Below, in pieces: positions 17,873-27,635 of a stretch of 64,000 bases of DNA (the first letter of the stretch is position 1; each line of letters begins with the position of its first letter). Both the position numbers and the translations under genes were made by a program. Source of the DNA: an uncultured virus (IMG/VR IMGVR_UViG_3300045004_000209). Taxonomy: Duplodnaviria; Heunggongvirae; Uroviricota; Caudoviricetes. The stretch lies in IMG/VR virus record IMGVR_UViG_3300045004_000209; one strand, 5' to 3'. The notes under the pieces are model-generated. The model did no database searches. It had not been told where the DNA came from and was given only the letters and a program-made list of their open reading frames with translations.

Positions 17873-18877
17873 ATGCCATCATTTGAGGAACCTATTAGTA
17901 ACCAAAATTTTCCCGTGCGTGCTGGATTCCCTGGCGTGGTGGCCATCAACGGGAGTATCCTGCGTGTAACGACTTGCAACATCAAGGGTGAACAGTCAAT
18001 TGAACCAGTTGAGGATATCGACGGCAGCATTGACATGACCAGATACAAGATGGGCAATTTTAAGGCATCAGGCCAAGTAAAGTTCACCCTAGATAAGGCA
18101 CAGGATGGCGGAAACCTCGACACCTTCGCGGAGTTGTGGACTGCTGCAGGCAGGAGAACGGCAGATGGCAAATTCGCGAAAACTGTTGATGTGGTGGTTC
18201 ATTACCACTCTGGTTTCACATTTGTATACGAAGACATGGTCGTTGACAAAATAACACTGGATATATCTGCCAATGGTACCTTGGATTGCACTGCTGAATT
18301 CCGAGGCAGGGGTCGTCGGGCAGCAACAGCAGCGGATGCTCTTCCCAACTTAACAACTGCAGATGCGGAATCTCCTCTCCGTGTTATCTCTTACAACGAT
18401 GTAACCATCGGCATGGAGAACATGAACAATGGTGGTGTCAATCAAAATGAGTTCAAATTAATTAAGCAATTCAATGTAACAATTGACAACCAGTCGGAAG
18501 AGGTGTATGTCATCGCGGGGCAGTTGGCTCCATACGACATCCTGCCAAAGAAGCGTAAGATAACTGGTAGTATAACATTTTTTGGTCGCCCATCAACCTT
18601 GGCCGATCAGGCAAAAAATCGGGAAGATGATCCGGGCGAAAATATCCCGCATGTCAATCTTATGTTGCAGGCCAAAATCGGACCAACCCCGACAACTCTT
18701 GTGAAGTTCTTCGGCTGCGTCTTCCAGTTGGACAGCACAGAACTCACCAACGGAATCATCGAGACACCCATGGCATTTGTTTCTTTAGGTACCGACGCCG
18801 GCAGGTATCTTGCGATATCTGATTATGGTGGTGAACCGTGGAGTATGGGAGATCAGCCACACCCATTCCCTCTATAA
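17873..18877 (+). CDS. Major tail (tube) protein
   Basis: GAGGT SD. Beta-rich with two Hcp/tube-like halves (ASGQVKFTL...VVDKITLDISANGTLDCTAEFRG; FNVTIDN...RKITGSITF). Immediately precedes the frameshifting chaperone and tape measure. Confidence 0.75.
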   Translation: MPSFEEPISNQNFPVRAGFPGVVAINGSILRVTTCNIKGEQSIEPVEDIDGSIDMTRYKMGNFKASGQVKFTLDKAQDGGNLDTFAELWTAAGRRTADGKFAKTVDVVVHYHSGFTFVYEDMVVDKITLDISANGTLDCTAEFRGRGRRAATAADALPNLTTADAESPLRVISYNDVTIGMENMNNGGVNQNEFKLIKQFNVTIDNQSEEVYVIAGQLAPYDILPKKRKITGSITFFGRPSTLADQAKNREDDPGENIPHVNLMLQAKIGPTPTTLVKFFGCVFQLDSTELTNGIIETPMAFVSLGTDAGRYLAISDYGGEPWSMGDQPHPFPL

Positions 18878-18897
18878 TCATCCGATAAAATAGGTTC

Positions 18898-19314
18898 ATG
18901 ACTGGACCCTTTGGCGCAGAATTCACCACATGTACTGGTTTTGTCCGCAGTGAAAAGCAGGGCAGGCGGTGGTCGCTTGTCGGCTCTTGGAACGGACAGG
19001 CTCCAGGAGCGCTTGTGCACATGTATGTGACTTGTAAATGGAAAACCGTAACTTGGGGTCAGCGTGCTCAGGTTGTTTCGGGCGCCAGGCGCTTCGATCC
19101 AATACAGGGGGACTATGTTATTGACCCTATGGCTTACAGGTCTCTCATGGCACAGACTGGCTTGGTTTGTGGCTCTTGGCACGAAGGGGAAAAGTCAGGG
19201 TCATTTGACAATGGCGACATTACAAAGATGGATTCTGATGTATTCGATTCCTTGGTGTCTGCATACGAAAAATTAATGTTTACAGATGAGGACCCCGACC
19301 CGGGAAAACCATAG
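18898..19314 (+). CDS. Tail assembly chaperone (gpG-like), 138 aa
   Basis: Between tube and tape measure. Ends ...DPDPGKP* over a slippery heptamer. Confidence 0.85.
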   Translation: MTGPFGAEFTTCTGFVRSEKQGRRWSLVGSWNGQAPGALVHMYVTCKWKTVTWGQRAQVVSGARRFDPIQGDYVIDPMAYRSLMAQTGLVCGSWHEGEKSGSFDNGDITKMDSDVFDSLVSAYEKLMFTDEDPDPGKP

Positions 19315-19535
19315 AGGCGGTCGGTCACCTGTGGCGGGACGAAGACATCCCGCTCGTGACTGATCGCCTGAGAGAATACATAATGGCCCACCACTACGGA
19401 TGGACAATAGAAGACATAAGAAATCTGAGGGTTTCAGATTTTTATGCCTTTTCCAACATGGCAATGTTGGGGTCAAGATTAAAAAATGCCGATATAGTAA
19501 AAGTGTTCAGTATGATGATGGGAGCAAGGATCTAA
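18898..19535 (+). CDS. Tail assembly chaperone, -1 frameshift product (gpGT-like), about 212 aa
   Basis: The -1 frame after G GGA AAA (19302-08) reads TIEAVGHLWRDEDIPLVTDRLREYIMAHHYGWTIEDIRNL...MMMGARI* to TAA 19533-35, one base before the next ATG. The 'AHHYGWTIEDIRNL' motif is typical of gpT domains. Not in the ORF track. Confidence 0.85.
19299..19368 (+). promoter_or_regulatory. Programmed -1 ribosomal frameshift signal (slippery site plus stimulatory hairpin)
   Basis: C CCG GGA AAA (two overlapping X XXY YYZ heptamers), 7-nt spacer, then stem GGCGGTCGGTCAC/GTGACTGATCGCC (13 bp, 2 G-U) with inner GCGGGA/TCCCGC. Confidence 0.85.
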
Positions 19536-19536
19536 C

Positions 19537-19917
19537 ATGTCGATATTCATCTCAAAATCGGACGAGTTCAAGATTGATTTCTGGGTTGGTTTCCAGGCAG
19601 GTAAAGCAGTGTTCTTCAAAACCAAGGAAGAGGCATTGGCAGCCTTGGGCGAAGGTAATTTTCAGCAGCACCACGTCATGTGTCGACCAATTTCATACGC
19701 CGCTTCTCTGAAGATTCAGGAGTCCTCTATGAGAAACGATGGATCAAGGCTTGTTTTTGATCCCATCACATTCCGATCGGCTAGGTTCAAAAAGATGATG
19801 ATAGGCTGGTCGTTCACAGACTCAGAGGGTAACGCAATACCCTGCAACGAGGAAAAGATAGGCAGCCTTTCCGAAGACGCCGCCATATTCCTCACCTCTC
19901 TCGTCTCGGAGAGGTGA
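19537..19917 (+). CDS. Second tail assembly chaperone-like protein (paralog of 18898..19314)
   Basis: Shares pattern: CRPISYAASLKI..VFDPITFRS..GWSF..EKIGSLSEDAA vs WKTVTWGQRAQV..VIDPMAYRS..GSWH..GDITKMDSDVF. Confidence 0.65.
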   Translation: MSIFISKSDEFKIDFWVGFQAGKAVFFKTKEEALAALGEGNFQQHHVMCRPISYAASLKIQESSMRNDGSRLVFDPITFRSARFKKMMIGWSFTDSEGNAIPCNEEKIGSLSEDAAIFLTSLVSER

Positions 19918-19960
19918 GTATGCATTGTGTTAGAAAATAGACAGAGAGGCGGACTCTGTC

Positions 19961-22900
19961 TTGACTGATATTGCAGGCAAAATCGAAGCAATTTCTGGCA
20001 CTTTAGCCAACATGGGCGTGGCAGCAAATAATGCCATTCAAAGCATGGGGGGTCTCGGGCTTTCCATGTCTAATTTATTGGAGTTCGGCAACAAGATAAA
20101 TGTTAGCCTTGTGGGAGCTGAGCGCACTCTTGCACTGTATGGTAAAACTGCCGACGGAATTGCCGCGAGTACTGCCAATCTTTCTCGTCAATTCTCTCTT
20201 CCATACGAAGACCTGTTGAAGATACAGCAGGATCTTGCCATGAATATGCCTGTGGCAATCACTGGGCAGGAAAAGATAGCTGCTGTGGTGCAGTTTGCTG
20301 GTGATCGCTTTGGCATGACTTCAGAGGCGATTAAGGCATATATGACTAGGCTTGAGGATTTTAGTCAGAAAACGCGCTTAGCATACGAAGATCAGTTGTT
20401 GATGATTGATGCTGCTGACAAGCTTAAGGCTGCTCAACGTGCTGGTGCTGCCGATGTTGACAAACTTAGTGATTCGCTCATGAGGCAAGGTCAAATCACA
20501 AAAGCAAATGCCGAAATGATGTATGCGATGAATGAGATCAACAGAGATCAACTTGCCAGCATAATGAGAACCACTGAAGGATTGAGCGAGCAGGCCAAGA
20601 AGCGTCTTGGTCTTGCGGAAACTGCGACAATGGCTAGTAATGTTCTTGCAAATGAGAGCAAGATCATGTATTCTATGATAGGGAATATTCCTGCTGTTCA
20701 AGAGTTTGTAAAGGGTCTTACCCTAGCCCCTGGTGCGGCCACTGCTGAAATGATGAAAAAGATGACGTCTGGAGGGTATAAGGGTGTTTCAGACTTGGAC
20801 GTCGACACCGAAGGTGCATCCGCATTGAAGAAAGAATTGAGCGCTGATACGATTGCTTCTTTTGAACAATTGTTTGCCAAGGGTATGGATCTATCTCAGG
20901 CTAAGTCTGAAATGATGAAGGCTGCATCGGAAGGCGGGGAAGATGCTAAGGCTATGTTGGAATACATGCTTGATCAAAAAGATGTGACTGATGCCCTCGA
21001 TAAAATGGAAAGGGGCAGAATAAATACTAAACTAGCTCAACAAAAAATGGAGAATGCAATTAACAAGGCGATGAAAGCTGGCGTTACAGCCGAATTGGCT
21101 AGCATGGTTACTGGTTCATTACGGCTTCAGACCCTGGATCGTCTGAGGCTTGCGCAGGAGCAACTTACGGACCAAGCAAAGGTGCACGGCGATGTTGTGA
21201 CGGCTATCAACGAAGCGTACACCATACAGGCAGAGATGCTCGGAAAAATTAGTGGAATAGGTGGATACATAGGAGATCAGTCCGCTAATGATTCTGAGTA
21301 CTCCTCGCAAATGAAAGAAAGCATGGAAAGGCAGGTGAAGGCAAAGGCGGCGATCGCTGAAATAGAAGCAACCAGACTAGGATTTATTCAGAGAGGGCAA
21401 ATTGCCCTCCAGAATCCTGAAGATCGAATGAATGCCGCACAAGAACTTCAGTACGGGTTTAAAGAAACGGTCAAGCAAGCCCAAGAGCTGATTGACGCTG
21501 AGCAAGACCCGAAAAAAAAGGAAGCAGCACAGCAAGAGTTAAAAAAGGCAATACTTGACGCCGAAGCGGTTGTAGAGGCCGTCAAAAAAGGTAATGCTGA
21601 TCAGGTTTTGACAATGCTTGAGAAGCAGCGTCAAAAGGCAATAAGCGCATCTAATGATGTCACCAAGACTATTAGAGACAATAACAAAACAATCTTGGAT
21701 GCTAGCGTTGCTAGGTTTAATAAAGAATCCGAATACAGGAAGTCAGAAGTTTCTCAGATTGAGGCTCAACTATCCCTGATGGACAGTGTGGCGAGTGGAA
21801 TTGGGGCCAGTGCTGAGATGCGCGCCGCTGCCGTTCAGACGATTGGTGAGCAGATATCAACTACTGAAAATGAAATGGCAGCACTCACTAAAACCCAGCA
21901 AGATTTTCTCAACAAAGCCGCAGAGGCCGAGCAGAAGCTTGTCAAGGCTCAAGCCGATGGTAAATCGGGAGAAATAGAAGCTGCAAATAGGGAGATTATG
22001 GCATTCAAGGAAGCAGCTGCTGATGCTCAAAAGAAGCTTAACGAAGCTGACACCACGCGTCTCGGTCTGATCAAGCAGCAACTTGAGATGACAAAGCAGA
22101 TCAGGGAGGGCTATCTCGATGCCCTGAGCTCCATGATGGAAGGAGCTGGAGTATTTGCGGAAATCGTTGTTGACCAAGAGAAAAACCTAGGGACTCTTCT
22201 CAGGACTGCAAAAGACATGCCCACCAGTTTGCGAACAGGCGCAGCCGACGGACGGGGGGCAGAGATGTCCACATTTGGAGTTGGTGGGATACAGGCTGGC
22301 GAGTGGTCTAGGGACATGGCTAGTTACACCAACGAGTTGGTTAGCAGTCAAATGCCTGAAATCACTGATTATCTCAAACAGATAGCTGGCAGGGCAACTG
22401 GCGATGTTGCAAGCCTAAATGCAGACAGAATGGGAGCCGCTATGGATCAGACTGCAGCAGCGGGGGGTGCTGCAGGGTCTGTGGTGGGCACGCCTTCTGC
22501 GGCAACTCCTGCTGCTGCAGCGACATCGTCTACGGCTGGTGCATCTGCATCGACTGGTCAACTTCGTCTTGATAATAGTGCAGAAGCTGCAACAGCAGCA
22601 GGCATAGTTTCTGACTCGATTGTTGACAGCATATCTAGCCAAGTTGCCGCCATAGCTAAGGAACAGATAGCTATCACTGATTATCTCAAACAGTTGGTTC
22701 CAGCCATTTTGACAATTGACAGAAGACAGGCGCGGGAACATCACATTTGGCTTGACAGGGACACTGAAATGTCTACTGACGGTGTTGCAAGCATAGAATA
22801 CAGAATGGATCAGACTGCAATCGCAGCCGCTGCAGCGGGGGGTGCTGCAGGGTCTGTGGTGGGCACGCCTCCTGCGGCAACTCCTGCTGCTGCAGCGACA

Positions 22901-23062
22901 TCGTCTACGGCTGGTGCATCTGCATCGACTGGTCAACTTCGTCTTGATGATAGTGTTTTTGGCAGCATATCTAGCCAAGTTGCCGCCATGGCTAAGGACC
23001 AGGTGGTTCCAGCCATAATTGACGGATTTGCCATGGCCATTAGGACCTTGGCAAGGGCATAG
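19961..23062 (+). CDS. Tail tape measure protein, 1033 aa
   Basis: Long A/Q/E/K/M-rich helical protein directly after the chaperones. TTG start. Confidence 0.85.
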   Translation: MTDIAGKIEAISGTLANMGVAANNAIQSMGGLGLSMSNLLEFGNKINVSLVGAERTLALYGKTADGIAASTANLSRQFSLPYEDLLKIQQDLAMNMPVAITGQEKIAAVVQFAGDRFGMTSEAIKAYMTRLEDFSQKTRLAYEDQLLMIDAADKLKAAQRAGAADVDKLSDSLMRQGQITKANAEMMYAMNEINRDQLASIMRTTEGLSEQAKKRLGLAETATMASNVLANESKIMYSMIGNIPAVQEFVKGLTLAPGAATAEMMKKMTSGGYKGVSDLDVDTEGASALKKELSADTIASFEQLFAKGMDLSQAKSEMMKAASEGGEDAKAMLEYMLDQKDVTDALDKMERGRINTKLAQQKMENAINKAMKAGVTAELASMVTGSLRLQTLDRLRLAQEQLTDQAKVHGDVVTAINEAYTIQAEMLGKISGIGGYIGDQSANDSEYSSQMKESMERQVKAKAAIAEIEATRLGFIQRGQIALQNPEDRMNAAQELQYGFKETVKQAQELIDAEQDPKKKEAAQQELKKAILDAEAVVEAVKKGNADQVLTMLEKQRQKAISASNDVTKTIRDNNKTILDASVARFNKESEYRKSEVSQIEAQLSLMDSVASGIGASAEMRAAAVQTIGEQISTTENEMAALTKTQQDFLNKAAEAEQKLVKAQADGKSGEIEAANREIMAFKEAAADAQKKLNEADTTRLGLIKQQLEMTKQIREGYLDALSSMMEGAGVFAEIVVDQEKNLGTLLRTAKDMPTSLRTGAADGRGAEMSTFGVGGIQAGEWSRDMASYTNELVSSQMPEITDYLKQIAGRATGDVASLNADRMGAAMDQTAAAGGAAGSVVGTPSAATPAAAATSSTAGASASTGQLRLDNSAEAATAAGIVSDSIVDSISSQVAAIAKEQIAITDYLKQLVPAILTIDRRQAREHHIWLDRDTEMSTDGVASIEYRMDQTAIAAAAAGGAAGSVVGTPPAATPAAAATSSTAGASASTGQLRLDDSVFGSISSQVAAMAKDQVVPAIIDGFAMAIRTLARA
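22442..23016 (+). repeat. Near-identical internal direct duplication in the tape measure 3' end
   Basis: About 120 bp GCAGCGGGGGGTGCTGCAGGG...CAACTTCGTCTTGAT at about 22457-22573 and 22832-22948 (one T/C difference). CAGCATATCTAGCCAAGTTGCCGCCAT occurs twice, and ATCACTGATTATCTCAAACAG occurs at 22361 and 22673. Confidence 0.92.
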
Positions 23063-23087
23063 TTGACATGAAGGCTGCGGTGGGTGC

Positions 23088-26000
23088 ATGAGTACTGGCG
23101 GCTTGCCTAATGGCATACTCGCTCTTGACAACTCTCAAGTTTTGGCCAAGGGCAGCATCCCCACGGTGGTCACGCGTCCGCTTAGACCTTCAGAGATGCC
23201 TGCATTTTCGCCATCGATTGAAATTTCTTCAGAGGCATCTAAAAAAGTGGTATCTTCATCTGGAGCAGAGCGTACATTCGATGGTTTTAAAATCAAATTG
23301 CAGACGAGTGTAGAAGATCTCACGGATGCCATGATCTCTGGCGGAACTGAATCTCGTGTTATAAAAATTTATTTAGAATATGGATGGTATTATAATAGAA
23401 ATGGAGTTCTAGATCTTCTTCAGGGCACTTTGCGCAGAGTTGGTCTTTCAGTGAAAATTATGAGTGAAGCACCGACAGAGGAAGAAGAAGGCTCACAATT
23501 TTCAACTAGCAAAGCAGTGCAAAGAGGGAGTACTGTAGTTTTTTATATTATTCCAGAATATGGTGGGCCGTCTGATGATTTGACGATTAATTCTCTATTT
23601 GGTCCTGCATATGATGTCCCATATTTTGTTGGTGCCCGTATCAGAATGCTTCCATCAAGTTCGATAAGTATAGAAATACAGTCGTTCGTAAAATTGACTT
23701 TACAGAGTCTTAGTTTGTTAGATTCACTTCAGTCAATCGGGTCAAATGTGCTATCCGCTCTTTCTGCTTTAGATTCCGCAAGCTCTCAACAAAACACGGC
23801 AATGAAATTACTTTCGTATAAATACGGATATTTTATACACGATGGCAAAACTGAGGTTAATAGAAAAGTTGGCATAAATACTATTTTTGATTTTGCTTCA
23901 CTAGAAAGTGATATAAGTCGTGGTAACGCAATACGCAGGGGAGAAGAAGAATTTGCTGATGGAAGTGCCAACTGGCCCATTTTCCCGCAAGGACAAGGAA
24001 GGGCACTCATAATCAAAGTTCCAGATGGCTATGCTTCTGTGCTGTGTGTAACATGGAAACCGGTAAACTTTGGAGCTTCAATTCAATACCTTGGCAAGGG
24101 CATAGTTGATGGTGTTAATGCTGAAGACCCGAGAAACGGAGTTCCTTCTTCAGTAGTTGAAGAAGCGATACCTCTAAATTTTGCTTATATATCCGGAGCA
24201 AAATTAAAAAAATATATCATGGCTGGTGGTAATGCGCAGACTCCAGGTATCTCAATGACGGGAACCAGTTTTGATTCTGGTCATACACCTGTTTTTTCAG
24301 TAAATGAGGATGTAGATCCAACCAAGCGTTATCTTGTTGTTTTCTTCCCTGCAATAACAGCATCTATGAGTTCAACTGGTGGCGGAGATGAAAACACACC
24401 GACTAGAACATTCATATCAACTGATAAGTACTATAACTCAATATATATCACCTATCAAGCTGCGGAAAAAGTTCTTGCAAGAAGGATTAATTTGGACAGA
24501 TCAATGATACTGCAATTACCTGGGGCTCTATTGATAGGTTCTACGAAAAGTGGAGTATATCATTTCTCTCCATGTAAAACAATTGTTCGCGAAGCGGAAG
24601 CATTTGGAGAATTGTGCTCATGGAGATCTTTACAAGGAGATTTTACTTCCAATTATTATGGCAGGCTGCCTAGTTTATCTAGCGCCGGAGTTGAATTGAG
24701 GTCTTTTTCTTATCTTGCTTATCTTAAGTGTGTTGAAATTGGATCAAGTTCATATGAATCTTATATTTCATCAGATGAAAAATTTAAAGAGATTTGCGAC
24801 AGGGTGAGACAATCGATAAATATTGGCATAGGTCGTCCTAACTTTGGAAATCCGCTTGACCCCCCCGGTGGTTCAACTGATTCAGCAGACCTTAACATTG
24901 ACATTGTGGGATCTCCAATATCTGTTGAATTGCCGCGTATATCACGGATATATACAAGACTACCAACACTAAGAAAATTTAATTTTCCAAAAGGCTTTTT
25001 TTTTGGAGATAAGACTGGTATATATATTATGTCTCCGTGGGATGAGCCATTTAAACTTTTTTCCCCAGGCTCTTTGAATACTGATTGGTACAGTAAAAAT
25101 CTTGCAAACATAAGTGAATTTGTGATTGATGAAATGTATTTAGGAGACATGTATTTTGACATATCTGAAGCATGCAACAGTTGTCTTCCAGACGACCTCA
25201 AGATACCGTACCACAAAGATCTTGCGCTAGCAATACAGAAGTCATCAAAATACGAATCAAATGGCATAAGGGGCGGCATTGGCATACCTAGGCTTGATTT
25301 TTTTGAGCCATACTCTAGCACGCAGATAAGAGTTGGTGGGACGATTCCTTCATATGGAGATGCGGACTTTCCAGATTTGTCGCTAGCAGAGTTTGACACT
25401 CGGATAATCTTAACAATGCCAAACGTGAATCAGGGAAGTGCTGCTATTGATATAACAACTGGTAATGCATCAATAAATTTTCTCAGATCTGCTGGAAGTA
25501 TTAAAAACATTAATCTTTCTAGGACTAGTAGGATAACCATAGAGAATCTAAACAGCCAACAAGAGACAAATGGTGCGGTTTTTGTATTTACAACGGGAAC
25601 ATTATTTGAAGGCATGCGTTCTGCGATGAATTATAATAACAGTTTCGGTGTTTTGACCGTTAGGGATGATCAGAACTTTGCGCTTATGCCCATCAACTCG
25701 ATACAAACTCAAAAGATTACTTCGGCATGTTCATTTATCAATGAGCGTATTGATGATGAATCTGTCATATGGCGAGATAAAAAAATCACTGACCTTGCCA
25801 ACCCAATAAGATCGAAAGCCGCTTTCGGTTTTCCTTTTGACATGGTGCCAGTCGTTTATCCAGGCTTCAAGGCAGTTGTCAATGAAGCCGATGCATTCCG
25901 TGAGCAGCCGAGTAATTTGCCAAATTTTGTTGAAAATGATTATAATATATTATTTTCAGTCAGTGGCGATGGAGCATCAGCATCAATTCCGTCCAACCCA

Positions 26001-27635
26001 AATTATTATATAGCCGGGATTGATATTTATTTAAAAAATCAATCTAAAGAACAATTGAAGAAAATGTTCATTTCTGCATGCATAGATGGTTCATTTTTGT
26101 CAGATTCGGTTTCTTTCTATCCGCCAAGCGGCAGCAAGATGATGCTTTGGTATAAGGTTGACGATTTAGGTACAGTAAAAATACGTGGTCCGCATTACGG
26201 ATCATCTATGAATTTAATCATATCTTCTTCGTCTCCCATTTCTGGATCAATTACTGCAAATGTAAAGGTGAGATGGATAGAAAAGTCTAAGGCCGACATT
26301 TGGTATCCCGAAATGACGAGTGCATCCCCATTCATAGACTCATATGGCTGTTATGGTATGTATTTCGCATCGCAGAATGAAGATATGGGATTGAGTTGCT
26401 ATATGTCTTGTGATGGCGATTTGCGTTGGAATCTAATGACGCATGTGATGCAGGGCTTTAGTGGCGAATCATTCAGCGACATTGTAGTAAAATCAGATCA
26501 TAATTTATCCTGCACATACTGTATGTTTAAAAAAGACGGCATGCTACTGTGTAAGAGAATAGATGACTCTGATATGAGTACTGATTTATGCCGATTGCCG
26601 AAGTCGATGCCTAAAGAAAAGTTTAGGGTTGGATATGCAGACGGCTTAGATGTTTACTCAATTTCAGAAGAGCCATACAAGACTAATGGATTTTCTCAGA
26701 ATCAAAATAATGTTAATATAAATCTTGGAATGATGAAAGTTAGACTAGCACCTTGCCATGTGGTTTATGCTGATTTTGCAGAAAACCCGGCATACAAGGA
26801 AGAGGCAGCCAATTTTAGAATCTTGACAAGCAGGAAATTCACAAGTTCTTCTGGCATTTCGTCGAGCGAATTGTCCAAAAAAACTTTCTATCCAAGAATA
26901 TCCACATCGTTCGTAGAAAACCCCAAACTTTGTGTTGGCACATCGGGTAGATTTGATTTTGATCCAATGGGACCATACGCGTTTGAGGTTATGCCCAACG
27001 GAAGTCTTTTCTGCATGATGACACATGAGGGTTCTGCATATGCATTCGTAAGTTCTGATTGTGGAAAAACATGGAATCCGGCCTTCAGAGACTATTCATT
27101 TCCAATCAGGCCAATAAAGTATAAAATCTCTGACGCAGATAGCATTTACAATTTTGAGAATGTTTCTGCGAGTTTGGGAGATACACTCCCCTTAGACAAT
27201 CTGACGATGTGCGTGGACAAATTTGGAGAATTTGTTTTGATAGCATACAATATCGAAGGATGTATTTTTGGTCAACGTGTTCCTTGTGTTTCCATAATGA
27301 ACAGGTCTGCTGAGGCATCAAAAATATTCACAACTGCTTGGCTTTCCGCAGAAGACCATAGATTCATGAGACCATTTTACATTTTAGGGCCTTTGCCATC
27401 TGAAATATCAGAAGAACTTCTCACGGAGAGGTCGTTTGTAAGATTGGACAAAACATATTTGGGAGATCCAAGTAAACTTGAACAGAATTTAGGTGTTGAC
27501 CTTGGTGGATCTATGCCAACAATCGTTCCCCTTCAAAATGGTATATTTAGACTATACTATTCTGCTAAAGAATCTGTGCGTGCTGGATTCCTAATTGGAG
27601 ATAGGTTTATCCTCGATGCCCAACTTTCGCAGTAA
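23088..27635 (+). CDS. Large tail-tip/baseplate structural protein, 1515 aa
   Basis: Follows the tape measure. Beta-rich. Asp-box-like motifs SCDGDLRW and SSDCGKTW suggest a C-terminal propeller. Confidence 0.65.
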   Translation: MSTGGLPNGILALDNSQVLAKGSIPTVVTRPLRPSEMPAFSPSIEISSEASKKVVSSSGAERTFDGFKIKLQTSVEDLTDAMISGGTESRVIKIYLEYGWYYNRNGVLDLLQGTLRRVGLSVKIMSEAPTEEEEGSQFSTSKAVQRGSTVVFYIIPEYGGPSDDLTINSLFGPAYDVPYFVGARIRMLPSSSISIEIQSFVKLTLQSLSLLDSLQSIGSNVLSALSALDSASSQQNTAMKLLSYKYGYFIHDGKTEVNRKVGINTIFDFASLESDISRGNAIRRGEEEFADGSANWPIFPQGQGRALIIKVPDGYASVLCVTWKPVNFGASIQYLGKGIVDGVNAEDPRNGVPSSVVEEAIPLNFAYISGAKLKKYIMAGGNAQTPGISMTGTSFDSGHTPVFSVNEDVDPTKRYLVVFFPAITASMSSTGGGDENTPTRTFISTDKYYNSIYITYQAAEKVLARRINLDRSMILQLPGALLIGSTKSGVYHFSPCKTIVREAEAFGELCSWRSLQGDFTSNYYGRLPSLSSAGVELRSFSYLAYLKCVEIGSSSYESYISSDEKFKEICDRVRQSINIGIGRPNFGNPLDPPGGSTDSADLNIDIVGSPISVELPRISRIYTRLPTLRKFNFPKGFFFGDKTGIYIMSPWDEPFKLFSPGSLNTDWYSKNLANISEFVIDEMYLGDMYFDISEACNSCLPDDLKIPYHKDLALAIQKSSKYESNGIRGGIGIPRLDFFEPYSSTQIRVGGTIPSYGDADFPDLSLAEFDTRIILTMPNVNQGSAAIDITTGNASINFLRSAGSIKNINLSRTSRITIENLNSQQETNGAVFVFTTGTLFEGMRSAMNYNNSFGVLTVRDDQNFALMPINSIQTQKITSACSFINERIDDESVIWRDKKITDLANPIRSKAAFGFPFDMVPVVYPGFKAVVNEADAFREQPSNLPNFVENDYNILFSVSGDGASASIPSNPNYYIAGIDIYLKNQSKEQLKKMFISACIDGSFLSDSVSFYPPSGSKMMLWYKVDDLGTVKIRGPHYGSSMNLIISSSSPISGSITANVKVRWIEKSKADIWYPEMTSASPFIDSYGCYGMYFASQNEDMGLSCYMSCDGDLRWNLMTHVMQGFSGESFSDIVVKSDHNLSCTYCMFKKDGMLLCKRIDDSDMSTDLCRLPKSMPKEKFRVGYADGLDVYSISEEPYKTNGFSQNQNNVNINLGMMKVRLAPCHVVYADFAENPAYKEEAANFRILTSRKFTSSSGISSSELSKKTFYPRISTSFVENPKLCVGTSGRFDFDPMGPYAFEVMPNGSLFCMMTHEGSAYAFVSSDCGKTWNPAFRDYSFPIRPIKYKISDADSIYNFENVSASLGDTLPLDNLTMCVDKFGEFVLIAYNIEGCIFGQRVPCVSIMNRSAEASKIFTTAWLSAEDHRFMRPFYILGPLPSEISEELLTERSFVRLDKTYLGDPSKLEQNLGVDLGGSMPTIVPLQNGIFRLYYSAKESVRAGFLIGDRFILDAQLSQ

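Noticed and set aside
19400..19711. ORF-track 103-aa + ORF
   Set aside because: Shadow frame overlapping the gpT-like -1 frame and the second chaperone.
3605..19940. Shared late-promoter motif (TCCGATAAA at about 3622 and 18881; AGG-N17-AGAAA at about 10273 and 19912)
   Set aside because: Too few instances and inconsistent spacing to support by eye. Needs MEME on genome-wide intergenic regions.
22442..23016. Diversity-generating retroelement TR/VR pair
   Set aside because: Both copies lie in one CDS, differences are not adenine-specific, and no reverse transcriptase is present in the window.
22415..23131. 238-aa minus-strand Arg/Cys-rich ORF and other short antisense or nested ORFs in the track
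   Set aside because: Antisense shadows of long + strand genes. The repeats merely mirror the tape-measure duplication.
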